Source: an uncultured delta proteobacterium (GTDB taxonomy: Bacteria > Desulfobacterota > Binatia > UBA9968). From it: 64,000 nt of DNA. Shown here in pieces: positions 57,048 to 64,000 of the stretch. Each line of letters starts with the position of its first letter. Positions within the stretch are counted from its first letter, which is position 1. Location of the stretch: positions 128,001 to 192,000 of the forward strand of contig CAWFJP010000014.1 of assembly GCA_963816145.1 (NCBI GenBank). The letters run 5' to 3'. The position numbers were made by a program, and so were the translations under genes. The notes under the pieces were generated by a model that saw nothing but the letters and a program-made list of their open reading frames with translations, ran no database searches and had not been told where the DNA came from.

Positions 57048-57126
57048 TCGGCAGAATAGCTATCAGTTTTGCGCAACATGCATATCCTTGCACGGTCGGG
57101 CTACAGCCATATGAGAAATATTATTT

Positions 57127-57198
57127 TCACCACGAAGATCACGAAGTGCGGAAGTAATCTTGACCGAAACCTTCGCGTCCTTCGTGCCTTCGTGGTGA
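57127..57198. repeat. Periodic palindrome family A (left arm partly decayed)
   Basis: CACGAAG 57131, 57140; CTTCGyG 57171, 57180, 57188. Confidence 0.9.
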
Positions 57199-57247
57199 AG
57201 GGATCTTCACAGCAAACACGATAATCCAATTCTATTAAGAGGTTGTT

Positions 57248-58174
57248 ATGAGTATAAAACTCACCGGGATTCTTTCCGCCAACGTTACGCCGTTCAAAGA
57301 TAACTACGATCTTGACGAAGCCGGGCTGCGCAAGCTGATCCGGTATCAAGCCAAGCCTGCCGGCATCAACGCCATCGTCTGCAACGCCGGCGCTGGGGAG
57401 GGCGCGACGCTGACGCGCGAGGAGCGCGTGCGCTGCATTGAGATCATCCGCGAGGAGATTCGTCCCGAGCAACATGTCGTAGCCGGCATCGAAGCGTTGT
57501 CGACGCGGGAAGCGATTCAACAGACCCGCGAGGCCAAAGCAGCTGGAGCGGCGGCGATTATGTTGACGCCGCCGCATATTTACGATTGGGATTCGCGGAC
57601 CAATCCGGAATTCGCCGTGCAGTATTTTCACGATATCGCCAAAGCCGTGGATATCCCGATCACGATTTTTCATTATCCGGCGGCGGTCACTTCCGGTTAC
57701 ACACCGGACACGGCAGTTCGCATCGCTCGGGAGGTCGACAATGTCACCGCGGTCAAAGTTGCCAGCGGCGCCAACATCCGGCGCTACGAGCAAGTGCTGC
57801 GCGGCATGCGCGCGCTGCCGCGCCATGTCTCGGTGCTTGCGACTTCGTCGCTGTTCCAACATTTCGTCACCGGTGGCGACGGCGCGTTGACCGGGTTTGC
57901 CAATTTCGCGCCGGATTTTTGTTGCGATCTTTTCAAAGCGGTCGGCGACGGCAAGCTCGACGAGGCGCGCCGCTTGCACGAGATCAACTGGGCGCTGGAA
58001 GCCGCAGTCTACAAGGCACCCAACGTGTACAAGCATAGCCGCTACAAAGTCGCTGCTTACTTCGCCGGCTTGATGGACAACTTCATCGTGCGGGCGCCGC
58101 AGGTGCCGGTGCCGGAAGGCGAAGTGAAATTGATTCACGACGCCATGGCCAAGTTGGGAATGGTTAAACGATAA
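57248..58174 (+). CDS. DapA/DHDPS-NAL family class I aldolase
   Basis: 'VTPF....LDE', 'GE..TL..EER', Schiff-base Lys in 'VTAVK'. Confidence 0.85.
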   Translation: MSIKLTGILSANVTPFKDNYDLDEAGLRKLIRYQAKPAGINAIVCNAGAGEGATLTREERVRCIEIIREEIRPEQHVVAGIEALSTREAIQQTREAKAAGAAAIMLTPPHIYDWDSRTNPEFAVQYFHDIAKAVDIPITIFHYPAAVTSGYTPDTAVRIAREVDNVTAVKVASGANIRRYEQVLRGMRALPRHVSVLATSSLFQHFVTGGDGALTGFANFAPDFCCDLFKAVGDGKLDEARRLHEINWALEAAVYKAPNVYKHSRYKVAAYFAGLMDNFIVRAPQVPVPEGEVKLIHDAMAKLGMVKR

Positions 58175-58180
58175 GAGTGA

Positions 58181-58213
58181 GATAAGGATGAGGGATGAAG
58201 GCGGAAGGATGAA
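58181..58213. repeat. 7-bp-period ATGAAGG array (family D, single arm)
   Basis: GATAAGG ATGAGGG ATGAAGG CGGAAGG ATGAA. Confidence 0.75.
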
Positions 58214-59204
58214 CAAGATAATTCGCGTCACGGTGATTTATCGCATTGGACTGTTCATCGGTATTTTTTCGCTGCTATCATGCCTCGCTCCGGCCCGGGC
58301 GCAGGAGCGGCGCAAGATTCGCATCTCCAACGCGACTCTCAGCTATTCGGCCTTGCCGCTGGTGGCGGCGCGCGAGTGGAAGCTGTTTCAAGAACAAGGA
58401 CTTGACGTCGAGATCATTCTCATGCGCTCGGCGGCGGCTGCGGCGGCGCTGGTTTCCGGAGATCTGGACTATCAATCGGGCATCGGCCCGGCGAGCATCA
58501 GCGCGACCTTGAGCGGCGTCGATTCGCGCGCCCTCTGGTCGTCGACCAGTCGCATCACCTATTGGCTCATGGCCAAGCCGGAGGTGAAGAACGTCACGGA
58601 GCTCAGGCGCAAGAAGATCGGCGTCTCGGGGCTGGGTGGCACCAGCCATGTGGCGTTGACGATCGCGTTGGAAAAGCGCGGCATCGGGCCGAAGGATTAT
58701 GTCGCGGTTTCGGTGCCGGGGGGCAATCTGGTGCAGTCGCTGGATTCCGGTTTCGTCGATGCCGCGGCGCTCAATCCACCGACGATGTTTTTCGCCCAGC
58801 GGCGCGGCTTTGTCCGGGTGCTCGATATCGGCTCACTGGTCGAGATGGCCTCCGGCGGTCTGACCGCGATGACGCGGAACATTCGCAGCCGGCCCGATGA
58901 AGTGAAACGCATTATTCGCGCACTTCAACTGGGCAAGAAGGCGATGCTGGCGTCGCGCGAGAAAACTCTCGCGCTCATCACCGGCGTGCTCAAGATGGAT
59001 AAGGACACCGCGTCGGATACCTATAAGATCGTCCAGGAGAGCTTCAATGACACCGGCATCCCGACGCCGGAAGGGATCGCCAACATTATCAGAGCGATCA
59101 AAGCCGAGGGACGCTTCGCCGATCGCAATGTCGCCTACGAGGAAGTCGCCGAGCCGCGCTTCGCTATCGAGGTGGCGAAGGAATTAGGTTACAAGGTGCA
59201 GTGA
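58209..59204 (+). CDS. ABC substrate-binding protein, NMT1/SsuA family
   Basis: 'LFQEQGLDVEII.M', 'ELRRKKIGVS'. Confidence 0.85.
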   Translation: MNKIIRVTVIYRIGLFIGIFSLLSCLAPARAQERRKIRISNATLSYSALPLVAAREWKLFQEQGLDVEIILMRSAAAAAALVSGDLDYQSGIGPASISATLSGVDSRALWSSTSRITYWLMAKPEVKNVTELRRKKIGVSGLGGTSHVALTIALEKRGIGPKDYVAVSVPGGNLVQSLDSGFVDAAALNPPTMFFAQRRGFVRVLDIGSLVEMASGGLTAMTRNIRSRPDEVKRIIRALQLGKKAMLASREKTLALITGVLKMDKDTASDTYKIVQESFNDTGIPTPEGIANIIRAIKAEGRFADRNVAYEEVAEPRFAIEVAKELGYKVQ

Positions 59205-59219
59205 GTCGGAATCGGATTT

Positions 59220-59318
59220 TCTCCCGCCAAGGCGCAAAGACGCAAAGTTAAACCGGGAAAGAAATTAACCGCAAAAGCAATCCGAGGTAGGGGCGTATGG
59301 CGTACGCCCGCGGGGCGG
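59220..59318 (+). repeat. Composite: family B arm (CGCCAAG/CGCAAAG) + GTAG-type REP
   Basis: Units 59225, 59233, 59241; GTAGGGGCGTATGGCGTACGCCC 59287-59309. Confidence 0.8.
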
Positions 59319-59343
59319 TGTTGTGCGGCTTTTCCCTCGACGC

Positions 59344-60297
59344 TCAATTTCCCACCGGGGCGAATAATTCGCTGAGCGCCGGGCGGTTCGGAATGTACCC
59401 CTGCTCGTTGGCGTACTGGACGAACTTCTCCAACACGACTTGGTTCTCGGCGGTAAGTCCGTGTCCCCATGGATTCTTGCCGAAAACTTCTTCCTCTTCT
59501 TCCAAGATCAATACCGCCGATGGAAACGCCGAACGTTTGGCGTAGGCGTAAGAGTTGCGGCAAAGTTCTTCAGCTTCGTTGAATGCTTTGAGCAAGCTCG
59601 CCACCAGCCAAGGCTGTTTGTCGAACAGCTCTTGGCGCACCACCAACGTGTGAGTGATCGGAAAGATTCGGGTTTGAAGAAAATAATTATTGACGGTGGC
59701 GCGAATGTCTTTGAAGACACGGCGAATTCGCGGGTCTTGGTTGCGGAACGACGCCACGATGTTGGGCGGGATCAAGGCGTCGAGTTCGCCGTTTAGGAGC
59801 ATTGCTTCAGTGGACTTGTTGGCGCAGGTGATCTCGACATTCGCCGGCAGCCGGAAACCGGCATCCTCTGTTTCAAGCTCGCTGGTGAACCAGCGGCAGT
59901 CTTGCGGCCGTACGCCGTAGTGCTCCTGCAGGATGCCGCGCGCCCACAGACCGACCGTCAAGCGGTATTGGTCCATGCCGATTTTTTTGCCCTTCAAGTC
60001 TTCGGGACTCTCAATGCCGGAAGCCGGCGAGCAAAAAATATAGGGGTGTATCTGCATGCGCAGCGGGAAGATCGGCAGGGCGATCACCGGCTCGTTGCGG
60101 CTGCGCGCCATCACATACCATGACAACGACATTTCGGCGATGTCGTACTCTTCGTAGACCGGCCGCATGCAGGCGACGCCAGTTTCGGCGCGGTGCAGCG
60201 AAAACTCGATGCCCTGTGCTTTAATCTCGCCGTTCAACATGGGCCGCGTGCGGTGGTAGTCGGCGAGGAGCAGACTCAGTTCAATATTTTGTTCCAT
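59344..60297 (-). CDS. 4,5-dihydroxyphthalate decarboxylase-like protein
   Basis: 'DYHRT', 'YDIAEMSLS', 'ALPIFP', 'IFPITH'. Confidence 0.78.
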   Translation of the reverse strand: MEQNIELSLLLADYHRTRPMLNGEIKAQGIEFSLHRAETGVACMRPVYEEYDIAEMSLSWYVMARSRNEPVIALPIFPLRMQIHPYIFCSPASGIESPEDLKGKKIGMDQYRLTVGLWARGILQEHYGVRPQDCRWFTSELETEDAGFRLPANVEITCANKSTEAMLLNGELDALIPPNIVASFRNQDPRIRRVFKDIRATVNNYFLQTRIFPITHTLVVRQELFDKQPWLVASLLKAFNEAEELCRNSYAYAKRSAFPSAVLILEEEEEVFGKNPWGHGLTAENQVVLEKFVQYANEQGYIPNRPALSELFAPVGN

Positions 60298-60319
60298 GGT
60301 TTCTCCCTCTGTGACATTT

Positions 60320-60394
60320 GTCTAGGGTTTCGCGTCTAGGGTCCAGGGTTATGGCACCGGAACACGGGACGCAAGACCCGAGACGCTAGACGCG
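60320..60394. repeat. 7-bp-period inverted array (GTCTAGG/nnnAGAC; family D)
   Basis: Left 60320, 60327, 60334, 60341; right 60364, 60371, 60378, 60385. Confidence 0.8.
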
Positions 60395-60397
60395 TTC

Positions 60398-61438
60398 TCA
60401 ACGGCTTTGGCCGATGGCTTTGTTTAGAAATTGCCGGGTGAAAAATTTGTCCGCTCCGCCAAGCTTCTTCGCTTCCGCTTCGATGCGCGTGGCGCCGATC
60501 AGCGACTCGATGTCTTCACGGGAGATCGCGATGGAATACTGCTTGGCAAACTGATTGACGACCAGGCGCACCGTCGCCGCATCCCCGAAGCTGTTGTTTT
60601 TCTTGCTCACCGCGGCGGCAACGCGCTCTTGATTGGTGCTCAAAAAGTCCAGACCGCGCTTGATGCCGCGCAACATTTGTACGATGCTGTCGCCGTCGGA
60701 CTCGGCTTTCGCTTTACTGGTGATGATGACGACGAAGGGGAAGCCCGGCAGGACCGCGCCGACGTCATAGAGTGACGGAAAGCCTTTGCGTTCGAGCTCG
60801 AGTTTTTCCAGGAAAGAAAACGGCGAAGCTTGAATCTTTCCGGTTTCCAAGGCTTGGGCGCGCGCCGGGCTATTGCCGACGCCGTAGAGAATTTTGTAGT
60901 CACGATCGCGCACCAGGCCTTTTTTTGCGAGACTCTCCACAGAGGACCATTCGGCGATGCCGCCGGGGCCGGTGACGCCGACGACTTTGCCTTTGAGATC
61001 GTTGACCGTCGTAATTCCCTTCGCGCCCATCATTGTGTAATCCATGTAGGGCTGCATGCCGCTGATGATGGTTATCGGCGCGTTTTGCGCGATGGCGCGC
61101 ACCGAGGCGACGCCCGCGACAAATGCGTACTCGACTCCGCCGCCGACCAGCGCGGCCATGGCCGTCGGCCCGCCGCGGATCAAAACCGTCCTGACATCCA
61201 AACCTTCGGCGGCAAAAAAGCCGAACTCTTGAGCGACAAAGAGGGGCAGCGTGCCGCTCAGTGTCGGCGTGTTCGAGGCGAAGTTGACGATCTTGGCGGC
61301 CGCCATGACCTGCGCGGGCGCGAGACCTAGGACAATCGCGACGACTCCCGCAAGCAGCAACCCGCGGTAGACCGATGTCCGATAACTTCTGCGGTTGTAA
61401 GGTTTTTCGAACGCGAATGGGTTCTGTATGATTCTCAT
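60398..61438 (-). CDS. ABC substrate-binding protein, NMT1/SsuA family
   Basis: ATGA overlap with upstream stop; 'VAQEFGFFAAEGLDV'. Confidence 0.8.
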   Translation of the reverse strand: MRIIQNPFAFEKPYNRRSYRTSVYRGLLLAGVVAIVLGLAPAQVMAAAKIVNFASNTPTLSGTLPLFVAQEFGFFAAEGLDVRTVLIRGGPTAMAALVGGGVEYAFVAGVASVRAIAQNAPITIISGMQPYMDYTMMGAKGITTVNDLKGKVVGVTGPGGIAEWSSVESLAKKGLVRDRDYKILYGVGNSPARAQALETGKIQASPFSFLEKLELERKGFPSLYDVGAVLPGFPFVVIITSKAKAESDGDSIVQMLRGIKRGLDFLSTNQERVAAAVSKKNNSFGDAATVRLVVNQFAKQYSIAISREDIESLIGATRIEAEAKKLGGADKFFTRQFLNKAIGQSR

Positions 61439-62448
61439 AGGTCCCGCGTACTCTCCGCGAACAGTTCTTCGATCTTGGGCTTTTTTGCGATCAGTCCCTG
61501 CTCGTGGGAAAAGTCGACGAGCGTTTCCAGCAACTTCCGATTGGCCTTGATGCCGTAGGGAAACGGATCGCTGCCGAAGATTTCCTGCGTCTTGGCCAAA
61601 TACTCTTTGCCGAAGAACATCGCTGACGGGATGCGATCGACCAACCTGGCGTTGAAGTATTCCTTGGCTTTGACGAAGGCGCTGTAAAGATTGAAAGCGA
61701 CCCAGGGATGTTTGCGATAGATGTCGCCGCGAATCGTGTAAGTATGGTTGACCGGCAAGAATCCCCACTTGTCGAAAAACCGCTTGCCTTCGGCGATCCG
61801 GTCGGGAAAGAGCCGCTTGACCTTGCTCCAGTCGCCGTCGGCGCCGGTGATCTGGTGCGACCGGCCCAGCTGGGTGGGGGAGTGTTTCACCGGGCTGTTG
61901 ATGGCGGCGACATCGAGCTCTCGGTGCACGAGCATGGAGGCCAAACTTTTTTCCGGCGGGACGCGCTGGAACGAAATGCCTTGGGGCGGCGTAAAGCCGG
62001 TGACGCCGCCATGGCTCATCTCCTCGGTGCGTTCCATGTACCAGTGGACTTTGTATTGCGACACGCCGAAGTCATGGTCGAGGATGCCGCGCTGCCACAG
62101 CGCGGCGGTCTGTTGATATTCGCTAACGCCGATGCGTTTGCCGACGATGTCCTCCGGTTTGGCGATCCCAGAGGCGGCGTGGATCGAGAGTTCGGTGTGA
62201 AACAGCCGCCGGCTGGGAAAGACCGGCAGCGCGATCATGTCCAAGCCGCGCTCGCGGCCGATCAAGTAAGAGGACATGGACATCTCGCCAACTGGAAATT
62301 CCAAATCTCTTAGCTGGCGCAAAAACGTTTCCGATGGGTGCGAATAGGTCGGTGCGATCTCGATGCCCTCTGCCTTAACGATGCCGTTCATAAGCGGTTC
62401 GACACGCTCGTTGAAGTTGGAAATAAAGTTCAATGTGAGCCTGGCCAT
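61435..62448 (-). CDS. 4,5-dihydroxyphthalate decarboxylase-like protein
   Basis: 'EMSMSSY', 'ALPVFPSR', 'EYQQTAALW.RG', 'DPFPYGIKAN'. Confidence 0.8.
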   Translation of the reverse strand: MARLTLNFISNFNERVEPLMNGIVKAEGIEIAPTYSHPSETFLRQLRDLEFPVGEMSMSSYLIGRERGLDMIALPVFPSRRLFHTELSIHAASGIAKPEDIVGKRIGVSEYQQTAALWQRGILDHDFGVSQYKVHWYMERTEEMSHGGVTGFTPPQGISFQRVPPEKSLASMLVHRELDVAAINSPVKHSPTQLGRSHQITGADGDWSKVKRLFPDRIAEGKRFFDKWGFLPVNHTYTIRGDIYRKHPWVAFNLYSAFVKAKEYFNARLVDRIPSAMFFGKEYLAKTQEIFGSDPFPYGIKANRKLLETLVDFSHEQGLIAKKPKIEELFAESTRDL

Positions 62449-62458
62449 TGGGAAGTTC

Positions 62459-62476
62459 CTTGCGTCTTGGCGCGAG
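62459..62476. repeat. Family B fragment
   Basis: CTTGCGTCTTGGCGCGAG, matches 63616-63635. Confidence 0.55.
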
Positions 62477-62492
62477 TTTTTTCGCGGTCGAA

Positions 62493-63500
62493 TTACGTAT
62501 CCAGCAGGCTTTCCGCGAACAGTTCTTCGACTTTCATCTGGCGCGGCGTCAAGCCCTGCTCGTGGGAAAAGCCGATGATCATGTCGAGCATGGCGCGATT
62601 GGCTTTGATGCCAAAGGGAAATGGGTCGTCGCCGATGAGCTCGCGGGTCTGAGCCAAGTATTCGGGGCCGAAGATCAGCGCCGCGGGGATTTGTTCGGTT
62701 AGCCTTTCATTCGCAAACGCTTTCGCTTGGACAAATCCATCGTAAAGCTTGGCGGCGAGCCAAGGGTATTGGCGGTGGATGTCGCCGCGGATGATGTAAG
62801 CATGATTGACAGGCAAAAAGCCGTGCTTGCGGTAGAAGCGGGCACCCTCGGCCATGCGGTCGGGAAACAGCGGCCGGATCTTGCTCCAGTCGTCGCCACC
62901 TATGCGGCTCGATCGGTCCAACGCGTTGGCCTGCAGCACCCATGGACTCGCGACATGGGCCACGTCCAGTTCGTGCGCCAACAGGCTTGATTTGAGGCTT
63001 TTGCTCTTGTCGATGCGGCTGAATGAAATTCCCGGCGGCGGCTTGAAGCCGGTAGCACCGCCATGGCTCATCTCTTCGCTTCGCTCCATGTACCAGTGAA
63101 TCTGGTATTGCGACACGCCGAAATCGTGTTCGAGGATGCCGCGCAGCCACAACGCCGCGGTTTGCTGATACTCGGCAACGCCCAAACGCTTGCCCTTGAG
63201 GTCTTGCGGTTTCTCGATGCCTGAGTCGACGTGATAGGACAGCTCGGTTTGAAACAAACGGCGGCTCGGAAAGGCCGGCAGCGCGATCATGTCGGCTCCT
63301 TGCGAGCGGGCGATCAGATACGAGGACATCGACATCTCGGCGACTTCGAATTCGCCGAACTTGAGCTGACGCCAAAATGTTTCGGCGGGATGCGAGTAAG
63401 TTGGGATGAGACTTACGCCCTCGACCTCGATTGTGCCGTTCATCAGCGGCTCGACCCGTTCGTTGAAGGCGGAAATGAATCCTAGGGTGAGTTGTTCCAT
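62493..63500 (-). CDS. 4,5-dihydroxyphthalate decarboxylase-like protein (tandem paralog)
   Basis: Long shared segments with 61435..62448. Confidence 0.8.
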   Translation of the reverse strand: MEQLTLGFISAFNERVEPLMNGTIEVEGVSLIPTYSHPAETFWRQLKFGEFEVAEMSMSSYLIARSQGADMIALPAFPSRRLFQTELSYHVDSGIEKPQDLKGKRLGVAEYQQTAALWLRGILEHDFGVSQYQIHWYMERSEEMSHGGATGFKPPPGISFSRIDKSKSLKSSLLAHELDVAHVASPWVLQANALDRSSRIGGDDWSKIRPLFPDRMAEGARFYRKHGFLPVNHAYIIRGDIHRQYPWLAAKLYDGFVQAKAFANERLTEQIPAALIFGPEYLAQTRELIGDDPFPFGIKANRAMLDMIIGFSHEQGLTPRQMKVEELFAESLLDT

Positions 63501-63560
63501 GGTATCTCGATTATAGTCTGTATCGGCTGGGCAAATTCTGTCGCCGGCCGAGCCCCGCTT

Positions 63561-63636
63561 CCCCGCCCCAGGGCGTATGCCATACGCCCCTACAAAGATT
63601 TCCGAACTTTGCGCCCTTTGCGTGCTTGGCGCGAGA
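63561..63636 (-). repeat. Composite: family B arm + GTAG-type REP (inverted copy of 59220-59318)
   Basis: Reverse complement: TCTCGCGCCAAGCACGCAAAGGGCGCAAAGTTCGGAA..GTAGGGGCGTATGGCATACGCCC. Confidence 0.8.
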
Positions 63637-63675
63637 TATTCCGGGTTTCGCTAGTAGCACTGCCGCGCCGGGTGT

Positions 63676-64000
63676 TTATTTATCATAGCCGTCGATGGAC
63701 CAAATATCGTAGAGCAGTTCCATGCGGCGAAACGTCGCTTTGTAGGTTTGCTCCTGGAGTGCCGGCGAGTGGAGATAGCGTACGGCGATCTCTTCGGCGA
63801 GGCTGCTGTGATCTTCGTCGGCTTCCGAATGGACGGTGAAGAAGCGCACGTCGTCCGGCTTCATATGGTAATTTTTCAGCAACCCATTACCGATCGCAGC
63901 TGCCGCCGGACCGAAGGTCCCTTCGGCGCCAATCTGGATCGACATGACGACGAACCATGGCAACGTGTGGATGATCAATTCTACATAATAAAGATGCGCC
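63676..64000 (-). CDS. Heme-oxygenase-like diiron protein (CADD/PqqC-like), 5' part outside window
   Basis: 'GAEG...LLKNY....DVRFFTVHSEADEDH' (E...H-x3-D-x2-H). Confidence 0.72.
   Translation of the reverse strand, partial: AHLYYVELIIHTLPWFVVMSIQIGAEGTFGPAAAAIGNGLLKNYHMKPDDVRFFTVHSEADEDHSSLAEEIAVRYLHSPALQEQTYKATFRRMELLYDIWSIDGYDK

Noticed and set aside
15869-57198. CRISPR interpretation of the CACGAAG repeats
   Set aside because: Copies are dispersed, linkers are 1-2 nt rather than 30-40-nt unique spacers, and no cas genes are present
57101-58231. 376-aa minus-strand ORF
   Set aside because: Shadow of the DapA-family gene; its ends are translated repeat DNA
60398-61768. 456-aa extension of the SBP
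   Set aside because: Upstream 110 codons overlap the neighbouring gene; ATGA-coupled start at 61438 is more plausible
1-64000. tRNA, rRNA, integrase or transposase genes
   Set aside because: None recognised by eye; a covariance-model scan was not possible

Overview
GC-rich bacterial chromosomal window, densely coding and almost entirely catabolic/transport genes. The gene content (many orphan solute-binding proteins, amidohydrolase_2 enzymes, bicupins) resembles 'Ca. Binatia'/Deltaproteobacteria-like genomes; that placement is an inference. It holds about 50 CDS: a reductive dehalogenase-like gene running off the left edge (missed by the ORF track), a damaged cation-antiporter pair with an NhaR-like regulator, 10 NMT1/SsuA-type and 2 Fe/thiamine-type binding proteins with no ABC permease or ATPase in view, 4 amidohydrolases, 3 cupins, 2 heme-oxygenase-like diiron (CADD/PqqC-type) proteins, 4 4,5-dihydroxyphthalate-decarboxylase-like paralogs, a ThDP enzyme, an AOR-family oxidoreductase, ComDE, a TctCBA transporter, 3 MFS transporters and a 1047-aa membrane-anchored coiled-coil built from 78-aa repeats. 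The most striking unexplained signal is non-coding. More than 30 short palindromic elements of several families fill most intergenic gaps. Many are inverted arrays of 7-, 8- or 9-bp periodic units with conserved internal mismatches, and no cognate enzyme is encoded in the window. I found no rRNA, tRNA, CRISPR array or transposase.
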